From IMG/VR virus record IMGVR_UViG_3300028887_000067, positions 32,001-96,000 of that record: a stretch of DNA of 64,000 bases. The stretch is one strand, 5' to 3'. Of this stretch, positions 48,340 to 56,531 are shown one piece after another. Position 1 is the stretch's first letter. Every line of letters starts with the position of its first letter. Source of the stretch: a virus (lineage: Duplodnaviria; Caudoviricetes). A model generated the notes under the pieces. The model was not told the origin of the DNA. It made no database searches and was given only the letters and a program-made list of their open reading frames with translations. A program made the position numbers and the translations under genes.

Positions 48340-50129
48340 AGGAAAAATTTCTTTTTAAATGTTCCACCGGTCTTGTTGACCTTGGACTCGTGTTTCGCCT
48401 TGGCCTTCTCTGCGGCCTTCTTCTTACGTTCCATCAGCATCGCCTCGTCAACGCTCGCCTCGTAAATCCCATCGAGATGGATCTCGTTTATAGGAATCTC
48501 GTCCTTAGCGTAATACATCTTTCGAGTCTCATAATGCTGCATCATATAGTTGTACTTGAGTCGTGGAGGCCCACCCCTTCTCGGGTTCGTGAAATACGAA
48601 GCGTCGTCCACCAAGTCATATACGAAGGCCATCTTCTTTTCCTTGTGAGGACGGACAATACGACCAATAGACTGCATCACCATATACACAGACTTTGCAG
48701 GGTCGGCCATCACCAGATTATGCAACAACTTTATGTTCACACCCTGCTGTAAACAACCATACGTCGCGAGAATGATATGCCCCGTAGAAAATTCAAGCGA
48801 CTTTCGTATCGACTCGCGTACGTCAACGGTCACCTTACCCGTGATGACGTGCAGCTTGAACGCCGGAAAATTATCGCGAAGGAAAGCCTCCATCAGTTCA
48901 AGATTCTCAATGAACTTGAAAAGGATGACGGTATTCTGCTTCTCCGTTATCTTTCCGGAGTCAATCAAGAGCTTCATTACATCACGTCGCGAACTCGTGC
49001 TAGAACAGAACGCTCGCTCGTCGTCAAACGTCGAATATCCGATCGTACGTCGCAACGAATGGGGGTACGGAATAAAAATCGCATTTACGGTAACCGGCGT
49101 CAGGATTCCCTTGTCGATGAGTTCCTTCAATCGGACAATCTCTTCCTTACGCCCGAGCTGGCTCTCGATATAGCCAGCGTCGATACCATCGTCGGGCAGC
49201 GTGCCCGACACGCCGATCTTGAAATCAACCGCGTTGACGCATTTCATCAAAATGTCGCGAAGCTTCACTCCTCTCGACGAATGCGCCTCGTCAACAATAA
49301 CAGCCGAAAAGCACTCGAAGAATTTAGCCGGCTTCCTCTGCAAGGACTGCCAGGTCGATATGGTGATATCCTTCAGCATAACTTCTTCGCCGAGATTCGC
49401 TTCCTCGAGCCGCTTCTTTTGCACCTTTGTCAACTTGTCGTCGGAATCCGCATAGATCAACGTACAATGGCGCTTGGCATCTTCCCATCCATAATCATTG
49501 TAAAAATCGGAATAGAGCTGCTCAACCAAGTTTGTCGACGGAACGATAATCAGGATCTTCTTGCGTTCCCGTTCGAGCAAATAGCGAGCAATAATACACA
49601 TAGACAGAGACTTACCCGAACTCGTACACGCCAGCAACGATATGCGACGACCATTGAGCGCCCGTTCCACCAGACGCAACTGGTGCTCATACGGAGTGAT
49701 CTCGAAATTTTCGACCCTGTTGTGAAGTTTCAATGTCTTCGCATACGCGAACACGTCGTCACGGCACAACATCCCCTTCGGCGGGGTATAAATATCGCGG
49801 ATTGCCTTCGTCAACGCGATTCGGGTACCGAAGCGGTTCTTTACAAGCGAACTTACCCTCGGGATCAATCCGATAGGCAACAAATGGGTAGACTTGTTGT
49901 AGAAATACACAAACGGAGTCTTGAAACCTTCCCTCACGGCCCACGTGTTAGCCACGGCCTTGTCATAGAAGGTCATACTGCCGAAAATGAAATTATTGAG
50001 CCTGTTACCCTCTGTAGGCGAAACAGAGGCTATTTTCAATACCGAAAACACGTCGTCGGCCTTGTCGAACGTAATCGCCGTAAGCGGTTTTTCCTGGTCA
50101 GCTTCCTTTACATCGGTATCTGCCATCAC
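48336..50129 (-). CDS. uvsW: SF2 helicase UvsW-like
   Basis: 'PYEHQ', 'CTSSGKS', 'ISTWQSL', 'VDEAH', 'SGT', 'QSIGRIVR', 'YDLVDD'. Confidence 0.9.
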   Translation of the reverse strand: MMADTDVKEADQEKPLTAITFDKADDVFSVLKIASVSPTEGNRLNNFIFGSMTFYDKAVANTWAVREGFKTPFVYFYNKSTHLLPIGLIPRVSSLVKNRFGTRIALTKAIRDIYTPPKGMLCRDDVFAYAKTLKLHNRVENFEITPYEHQLRLVERALNGRRISLLACTSSGKSLSMCIIARYLLERERKKILIIVPSTNLVEQLYSDFYNDYGWEDAKRHCTLIYADSDDKLTKVQKKRLEEANLGEEVMLKDITISTWQSLQRKPAKFFECFSAVIVDEAHSSRGVKLRDILMKCVNAVDFKIGVSGTLPDDGIDAGYIESQLGRKEEIVRLKELIDKGILTPVTVNAIFIPYPHSLRRTIGYSTFDDERAFCSSTSSRRDVMKLLIDSGKITEKQNTVILFKFIENLELMEAFLRDNFPAFKLHVITGKVTVDVRESIRKSLEFSTGHIILATYGCLQQGVNIKLLHNLVMADPAKSVYMVMQSIGRIVRPHKEKKMAFVYDLVDDASYFTNPRRGGPPRLKYNYMMQHYETRKMYYAKDEIPINEIHLDGIYEASVDEAMLMERKKKAAEKAKAKHESKVNKTGGTFKKKFFL

Positions 50130-50698
50130 AGCACCTCGTAATAACCCTTGACCGGAGACGCGGATATGTCAATCGAGTCGGGAACCGTGTCGCCCTTGAT
50201 AACATTGTCACGGAAAAACGCAGGGGTGCCCAGCACGACACCGAGGCCCGTATCTGACTTATCGAGCGCGAACACCATCCGGTAAGTCGCGTTCGGCATC
50301 ACGAAATTCTGTGTTTGGTTGAACACGTTCCAGGCCGGCCGGTCGACACCCTTCGGAGCCGGTATGCACTCAAGCCTGCGCATGAAACGGCGCAGTTCGC
50401 CCACGTCCTTGTGGACGCGCATACCAACGGCTCTCGCCAGTCGCTGGCCGATGTCCGGCGGCAGACCCTCGCCATAATCGCGGTCCACCGCCACCATTCG
50501 TGACCGAGGCACATCCCGACCCAGTAACCTAGGCTCGGTATCGATTTCGACCTCGGCATCCGGCTTCATACGAACGCACGGATTACCGAAGCCGGCATAC
50601 TGCCACGAAAACAAGGAAACTAGTTGAACGGTAAAAATCATCTCACTTGTCAGATAGTCGTTGCCATCGAAAATAGCAATAACAAGTTTTAAACTCAA
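50126..50698 (-). CDS. Hypothetical protein (190 aa)
   Basis: Overlaps the uvsW start; TTG start is uncertain. Confidence 0.55.
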   Translation of the reverse strand: MSLKLVIAIFDGNDYLTSEMIFTVQLVSLFSWQYAGFGNPCVRMKPDAEVEIDTEPRLLGRDVPRSRMVAVDRDYGEGLPPDIGQRLARAVGMRVHKDVGELRRFMRRLECIPAPKGVDRPAWNVFNQTQNFVMPNATYRMVFALDKSDTGLGVVLGTPAFFRDNVIKGDTVPDSIDISASPVKGYYEVL

Positions 50699-50772
50699 AT
50701 TACTTCAAAAACGCCTGAAAAAGGTGAAACATATATATGTGCAGTTGATTTGCGCTTTCTATATTTGGGCGC

Positions 50773-51459
50773 ATGGACACGAGCGAATTTTTGAAAATAC
50801 AGACCAACCTGGTAGACAACATCTCCTTCGAAGACATCATCACGACCGACGGCATAAAGACCATCGCCGGCGTCGACACTGCCTACTGGAACAACTCCGG
50901 GCGCGAGTACGGCGTATGCTGCATCGTCGTGATCGACGTCGCAACCTGCGCTCCCATAGAGAAAAAGTACGCGACTGGGCCAATCGATATGCCGTACATT
51001 CCGGGGTTCCTCGCCTTCCGCGAGCTCCCGCTGTTCGAGAAGGCGCTTTCCAAGCTGGAAACCAAGCCGGACCTGTTCATGTTCGACGGGAACGGCGTGC
51101 TCCATCCCAGAAATATGGGAATCGCCACCCACGCCTCGTTCCTCGTGAACGTCCCCACAATCGGCGTGGCCAAGACCTTCTACAAGGTGGCCGACGACGC
51201 GGACTACGTGCTCCCGCCAAACCAGGTGGGCGCCTCCACCCGGATAACCTACAACGGGACCGAACTGGGGCTGGCAGTCCGGACGCGTCTAAACACGCTC
51301 CCCGTGTTCGTTTCGGTAGGTAACCGCATATCCCTGCAGACGGCCAAGGACATCGTCATGAGGGTCGTCACCAAGGACAGCCGAATCCCCTGCCCCACCC
51401 GTCAGGCCGATCTCTACAGCCATGACTGCCGAAACATGCTGAAAACGGCGTCGGACTAG
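50773..51459 (+). CDS. nfi: Endonuclease V (deoxyinosine 3' endonuclease)
   Basis: 'IAGVDTAY', 'PYIPGFLAFRE', 'FDGNGVLHPR..GIATH', 'PTIGVAK', 'PVFVSVG', 'RIP.PTRQAD' all intact. Confidence 0.93.
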   Translation: MDTSEFLKIQTNLVDNISFEDIITTDGIKTIAGVDTAYWNNSGREYGVCCIVVIDVATCAPIEKKYATGPIDMPYIPGFLAFRELPLFEKALSKLETKPDLFMFDGNGVLHPRNMGIATHASFLVNVPTIGVAKTFYKVADDADYVLPPNQVGASTRITYNGTELGLAVRTRLNTLPVFVSVGNRISLQTAKDIVMRVVTKDSRIPCPTRQADLYSHDCRNMLKTASD

Positions 51460-51477
51460 CACCGCCGGTCTTCCCCG

Positions 51478-51504
51478 GAGGCCCCTTTCCAGGGGTCTTT
51501 TTTT
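51478..51504 (+). terminator. Intrinsic terminator after nfi
   Basis: GAGGCCCCT-TTCC-AGGGGTCTT followed by a T-run. Confidence 0.8.
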
Positions 51505-51687
51505 GTACCTTTTTCCCCCTATAAAAGAGGAAACATATATTCGGTACTCCCGAAGGCTTACTTGCGTGGCTCGTTTAGGGCCTACGCAGGAGGGGGTTAG
51601 GGCAAGGGGAGCATAAACTCCTGTCCGGCAAAGGGGGAGGATACGGGGGTGTCGATCCAAAGATCTGAAAAAAGAACGTGGAAAGAC
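51505..51687. other. Structured G-tract-rich intergenic element; candidate replication origin
   Basis: Six runs of 3-5 G on the + strand, several hairpins, and an apparent strand-skew switch nearby. Confidence 0.45.
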
Positions 51688-51716
51688 TTGACGATCAAAT
51701 TTGTTTTTTGTAGCTT
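51688..51716 (+). promoter_or_regulatory. Sigma70-type promoter TTGACG-N17-TAGCTT
   Basis: Near-consensus -35 with 17-nt spacer, 11 nt before ATG 51728. Confidence 0.65.
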
Positions 51717-51727
51717 TGTCCTGACGA

Positions 51728-53314
51728 ATGAGACCTAGGCACTACAAAATAATGCTCCCCGAGCCTGTCCTTGCGGACCTGAAGACCGTCATAGCGGACT
51801 ACTTCAAGGTCGAAGGCGTGTCCAAACGGACAAAAACATTTGTGGATAGCTTGGCCTTTTTCCTCTCCGTCGTCACCAAGTCCCTTATTTCCGACCACAA
51901 GAAGAACGAAGTGTCATCCCTCGACCACAGGGTGCCGAAGGACCACTGGTGTACCCATCTCTACTCCCCCATACTTCGTAATATCTTCGGTAACGGCTAC
52001 ATTGAAGTGGTGGAATTCCTTGTCCAGCATGGATTTATAGGCCGTTCCGGGCATTACGAGAAAGGGAACGCCAATACCCGTGGCAAGAGCAAGGCGTACT
52101 GGTTTACATCGAAATACGGTACGTACCTTGCCAAGTACCTGAATAGCCGTTCGCTGAAGAAGTACTCGAACGAGTCCGTCAAGGTGGTCGGAAAGATGCG
52201 TGCCTACACGATAACGTCCAAGACCGTTCTTGACCGCTGGTTCGGCGTACTCTCGGAACGCAAGTTTGTTTCCAGGATGGATCCCGTGGTCGACGCCTGT
52301 TATGAGAACCTGGAGCACTTCTCCATCGATATGAAGGCGGCTGACTCCACGATAGCGAAGCTGCGTTCCGAAGGCAAGATGTCGAAGTACAAGGAGCGTC
52401 TGGAACGCGAGAAGATTAAGCGTTTCAACGAGTCCTCGACCGAGCCGTACGCAATGTACGTCAAGCACGACAGGTATGGCCGAATCCATACCAACGTGAC
52501 CTGTATGAAGAAGGAACTCAGGGCGTCGGCACTTCGCTGTGACGGGGAATACGTGGCCGAAGTTGATATCAAGTCGAGCCAGATTGCCTTCCTAGTCCCC
52601 ATATTCAGGCGTTTCATCGATATTTACCGTGGAAAGGTCGAGATGAATGAGGACTCCTTCATCCAGTTCAGGCCGTTCTGGGCCGATGGGATGCAGGATA
52701 GTGTTCTCGAGAAGATGGACATAGAGCTGGGCCTGTTCGAGCACCTTGTGAAGACTCATTCGGTCTACGAATACTTCATGAAGGAGCTGAACGACGATTA
52801 CGAGCTCGATATGGTGGTGGACAGGAGCATTGCCAAGGACGGCGTCGTGTCGTTCCTGTTCTCGCCTCGCTATTTCGACGAGGAAAAGGAGCCGGTGCGT
52901 GCCGCCGTCAAGCGCTCGTGGGAAGAGAACTTCCCGACGCTACTTACTTGCCTCTACTCGATGAAGCACAATTGCCACGCCGCGCTCGCCTACGAGCTGC
53001 AGAAGGTCGAAAGCGACTACATCTTCTACAAGGTATGTCCGAGGATTACCCGCGAACTGGGTTGCCCGTATTGCACGGTTCACGACTCGGTCATCGTGCC
53101 GAAGCGTTTAGGGGCCCGTCTGCAGTCCATAATGGACGAGGAGCTTGCCAACCTTGGCATCCCGACAGTCACCGATGTTGAGTACTACGACATGGTGGAG
53201 GCATCCATGCCCTACCTGCCGGACGAGTTCTTTATCGACGAAATGAAGTTGCGCGGTATCAAGACGGTCGATGTCGACGATTTGATCGATTCGGTGGAAT
53301 ATCCGGAAGAATGA
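51728..53314 (+). CDS. Family-A-like (TV-Pol type) polymerase with N-terminal winged-helix-like region, no exonuclease domain
   Basis: 'YGRIHT', motif A 'EVDIKSSQ', motif B-like 'RSIAKDGVVSFLF', 'LQKVES', motif C 'TVHDSV'; N-terminal 'VEFLVQHGFI...GKSKAYWF'. Confidence 0.7.
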   Translation: MRPRHYKIMLPEPVLADLKTVIADYFKVEGVSKRTKTFVDSLAFFLSVVTKSLISDHKKNEVSSLDHRVPKDHWCTHLYSPILRNIFGNGYIEVVEFLVQHGFIGRSGHYEKGNANTRGKSKAYWFTSKYGTYLAKYLNSRSLKKYSNESVKVVGKMRAYTITSKTVLDRWFGVLSERKFVSRMDPVVDACYENLEHFSIDMKAADSTIAKLRSEGKMSKYKERLEREKIKRFNESSTEPYAMYVKHDRYGRIHTNVTCMKKELRASALRCDGEYVAEVDIKSSQIAFLVPIFRRFIDIYRGKVEMNEDSFIQFRPFWADGMQDSVLEKMDIELGLFEHLVKTHSVYEYFMKELNDDYELDMVVDRSIAKDGVVSFLFSPRYFDEEKEPVRAAVKRSWEENFPTLLTCLYSMKHNCHAALAYELQKVESDYIFYKVCPRITRELGCPYCTVHDSVIVPKRLGARLQSIMDEELANLGIPTVTDVEYYDMVEASMPYLPDEFFIDEMKLRGIKTVDVDDLIDSVEYPEE

Positions 53315-53348
53315 TGTAGTTTCATAGGTAGCGACCTTCGAGATACCT

Positions 53349-53831
53349 ATGAACTATACGCATATCCGAAACATTGTATTCCAGAACCAACCGCAGATAG
53401 GGAAGGTTCCCGGCGAATCCGGTCTTATACTCGAGGACGACCTTGTCGTCGATATCAAGCTAGAGTACAGGGAAAATGTAGGCGGAATTGATATAGTCGA
53501 CAACGACGAGCACAGAGTAATCGTGTACAAGGGACTAGTACTTGAGCGCCATCCATTTCCGAAGTGGTTGTGCTGGATCTTAAAGATGTCAGGCGTGGAA
53601 CTTAATCCGGCCCTGTCGCTGATTCACAAGGCCCTGTATGAGGAAGGCGGTCTGGAAGTCTACTCGCGTGAACAGGTAGACCGCCTCTGCATAGACTCGA
53701 TGCTTGGCAATATAAAGAATCCCGTCAAGAAACTGCTTCTCGATATGCTGATGGAGATGTTTGTCGGTTCGTCTCTTGCTTGGAAACGGGACGGGGATTC
53801 GACTAAGTACGCAATGATTGAGCCGATTTAG
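53349..53831 (+). CDS. Hypothetical protein, DUF1353-like (degenerate)
   Basis: 'LIHKALY...SREQVDRL..DSM' resembles the HDxLY...RxxAD motif. Confidence 0.45.
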   Translation: MNYTHIRNIVFQNQPQIGKVPGESGLILEDDLVVDIKLEYRENVGGIDIVDNDEHRVIVYKGLVLERHPFPKWLCWILKMSGVELNPALSLIHKALYEEGGLEVYSREQVDRLCIDSMLGNIKNPVKKLLLDMLMEMFVGSSLAWKRDGDSTKYAMIEPI

Positions 53832-54856
53832 TCCGGCAGTGCGAGCGGGGATTTCCTCAGGATTTCGTCGTCATCCGCGTCGTAGTCGTCAGATGGTTCC
53901 TCGTCGACCGGCACGTCATACATGTCCAGGTTAGATTCCTCGTCATAATCGACCATGTGGTTCGGCTTCGGCTCGGCTCCGAGTAGGCCCAGCGTAGGGT
54001 CTTCCTTCGCCAGTTCGGAGGGTTGTCCGGGTTCGGACTTGTCGGAATCGCCAAGGACATCTTCGGTTGGGTTGTCCTTGATTTCTTCAGCCGGCTGTTG
54101 TCCCGGTTCGATGTTGTCGGCGAGCGCGTCCAGTACTTTCTGGGTATCTTCCGTTTTCATACCTGGAGCAGTGTCGAAGGTGTCCATCGCTTCCTTTTCT
54201 TCCGGCTTCTCGGCATCTATCCGTTCTTTCACGTCTTCGGCGTTATTTCCGATTGGCAGCTCTTCGCGTTTAGGTTCTGGTTGTGGCCTTGCTTCGGGCG
54301 TGTAGCCACGGACGTCCTTCATTATGGTAGCGGCGTTCGTGAGGACTCCGGCGCAGGCAGCAACGAGATGCTTGCACAGGGTGTTCTTGTGCTTCGGGTC
54401 GCGTACCGACGGGTTGATGTCCTCGCCCTGGTCGTCGGCCACGTCGTCGGCGTGGTGGTCGGCCGAAAGGCTCTTGTGGATATGCTTCATGTTGTACTTC
54501 ATACCCGCCCAGTTGAAGTCGGGACAGCTACAGAAACACTTGACGTCGGCGTCCTTCAGGGTCTGTACCCTGTCGGCGAGCTTGGCCTTGGCCTTCGCTA
54601 TGTTGAACAGCGTAGTATCCTTCGGAATGATGTCGATGAAGCAAGTGTAGGACTTGGACGGGTCGGATTGCGAAGGAATCGACCATTCTAGCACGGCGTT
54701 GCCCTGTCGGTCAGCCTTCACTCCCTTGTAATAGTGCTGGAGCTTCTTTCCCTTGGACAGCCTCTTGGGATCGACCTTCTTGACGAAGAAGGCCGCATTG
54801 GCTTCCAGTTGGGCTTTGCCTTGTGACAGCTGCGAAAGGAAAAGGTTCTTGTCCAT
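53828..54856 (-). CDS. SWIM-type Zn-finger protein with acidic tail
   Basis: 'CFCSCPDF...LCKHL'. Confidence 0.65.
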   Translation of the reverse strand: MDKNLFLSQLSQGKAQLEANAAFFVKKVDPKRLSKGKKLQHYYKGVKADRQGNAVLEWSIPSQSDPSKSYTCFIDIIPKDTTLFNIAKAKAKLADRVQTLKDADVKCFCSCPDFNWAGMKYNMKHIHKSLSADHHADDVADDQGEDINPSVRDPKHKNTLCKHLVAACAGVLTNAATIMKDVRGYTPEARPQPEPKREELPIGNNAEDVKERIDAEKPEEKEAMDTFDTAPGMKTEDTQKVLDALADNIEPGQQPAEEIKDNPTEDVLGDSDKSEPGQPSELAKEDPTLGLLGAEPKPNHMVDYDEESNLDMYDVPVDEEPSDDYDADDDEILRKSPLALPD

Positions 54857-54858
54857 AT

Positions 54859-56454
54859 TTATCCTAGTTCGAACAGGTTCTCGCGTTCGTCCGAATTGAC
54901 GAAGTAGCCGATGGTGTTTCCGGTGGCTTGGTCGACCGACTTGACGAAATACATATCGTTGAGCAACGGCTTCGGCGTGATGCGGATTTTTTCCTTAGCG
55001 GAACCCTTGCGCTGTACCAAGATGTAGAACGGCAGGATTCCCTTGTGCTCCTTAATGAAAGCTTGGAGCAGTGCCTGCTTGAACGGAGTTCCACCTTCGG
55101 ACGCCGCCTTGAACGCGTCCTTGGATATCGACGACTTGATGTTGGATATATCGGCGTCGGACATGTATCTAGTGTACTTGGAAAGGCCTTCGGGTGACGA
55201 TGGTGTCACCACGGTGTAGAACTGTTTCAGGTACGGGACAGATACCTCGATGGGGTCCTGGTCGATGAAGTCCTTGGCTTCTTTTTTTCCACCGTTGAGA
55301 ACCTTGTCGAGCAAGCCTTCCACAATGGGAGTTCCGTTCTGTTCGGTAGATTCCTGGATATTTGCCGACCTCGTGTTGATTGGACGGACTTCGATGCGCT
55401 GGTTGCCTTCTTCGTCACTGTTGCCGTTGAACAATGTTGCAATTTCGCTGATCTCGTTAATCTTGAGTGGCTTGTGGACAACCGGAATGCACTTGGAACG
55501 GCCGAGCACCCTGATACGCTTGATGAGGCGTTTCCAACCGCCGAGCGCAATTCTCGACCCGAGCGAGTTCGCTATGTCGGTCGACTTTGTTTCCTTGACG
55601 AATTCGATTGCGAGTTGCTTGAGGTAAGAAAGGTCTGTCTCGCGGAGCATATCCTTGATTGTGTCGCTACCAAAATTGATCAGGGGGAATCCGAAGCGGT
55701 TCGTCGTGCAGTGGTCGCCAAGTTTCATCGGCGCCTCGTTGAACCCTCTCGGAACCTTGATTATGCCGACCGATTCCTTTGTCCGTATGAGGTCCGACGC
55801 GCTCGGGTAATGCAGCTCGGCGTGATCGGTATCGTTGAACTTGTTGATGAAATCCTTGATCAGGTTGCTGATTCCGTAGGCACTGTTGCTGGCCTTGGAT
55901 ATTACGCTTGGCTTGAGATTATTGTTCTTGATTTCCCCGTCGAGAAGCATGAACAGCTTGTTCATCTCTTCCGGATTGTTCTTGAAAATCTTTTCGATAT
56001 ATTTGGCAACCTTCGGATATTCTTGCTTGAACAGGGTCGGCTCTTCCGGCTCAGGTTCAGGTTCTTCCGGTTGCGTGTCGGGTGCCGACGTTTCCTGGGG
56101 TTTCGGTTCCTCAGGCGTTTCGGCGGCTGGCTTTTCGGTAACTTGCGGTTGTTCTGATTGCGGCTGTTTCGTTTCCTCGGCCTGCGGTTTATGATCGGAT
56201 TGTGCGGAGACGTCCGCCTGCTTCGGTTCGTCGGCCGGCTTGTTCTTTTCAATGGGCTTGTTCACGTTGACAGTTTGCCCGTTACCATCGGCAACTGCTT
56301 CCATGGTGGGACGCGGATCTATGCCGGCCTCGATGGTTTCGATAATCGACACCATGCCGTCAACGCCGACAGCGTCGACATCCTGCTCGAAATCGGCCGG
56401 GTCTTCGCTCATGTCGATAGAGCTGAACAATTTCTGTAAATTCTGGTCTGCCAT
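54859..56454 (-). CDS. Late protein, paralog of 56532-58475
   Basis: P/E/Q-rich linker; shared C-terminal domain; TATAAACT at 56479-56486. Confidence 0.65.
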   Translation of the reverse strand: MADQNLQKLFSSIDMSEDPADFEQDVDAVGVDGMVSIIETIEAGIDPRPTMEAVADGNGQTVNVNKPIEKNKPADEPKQADVSAQSDHKPQAEETKQPQSEQPQVTEKPAAETPEEPKPQETSAPDTQPEEPEPEPEEPTLFKQEYPKVAKYIEKIFKNNPEEMNKLFMLLDGEIKNNNLKPSVISKASNSAYGISNLIKDFINKFNDTDHAELHYPSASDLIRTKESVGIIKVPRGFNEAPMKLGDHCTTNRFGFPLINFGSDTIKDMLRETDLSYLKQLAIEFVKETKSTDIANSLGSRIALGGWKRLIKRIRVLGRSKCIPVVHKPLKINEISEIATLFNGNSDEEGNQRIEVRPINTRSANIQESTEQNGTPIVEGLLDKVLNGGKKEAKDFIDQDPIEVSVPYLKQFYTVVTPSSPEGLSKYTRYMSDADISNIKSSISKDAFKAASEGGTPFKQALLQAFIKEHKGILPFYILVQRKGSAKEKIRITPKPLLNDMYFVKSVDQATGNTIGYFVNSDERENLFELG

Positions 56455-56500
56455 AAACAAGTCTGCACGTTTGATTGCAGTTTATAAGGTTCACGGCATT

Positions 56501-56529
56501 AAAAAAGCCTTGCTTGGCGCAAGGCTTTT
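56501..56529 (-). terminator. Intrinsic terminator
   Basis: AAAAGCCTTGC-TTGGC-GCAAGGCTTTT. Confidence 0.8.
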
Positions 56530-56531
56530 GA

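Noticed and set aside
51574-51602. Two TTAGGG telomere-like hexamers
   Set aside because: Only two non-tandem copies; treated as part of the G-tract element.
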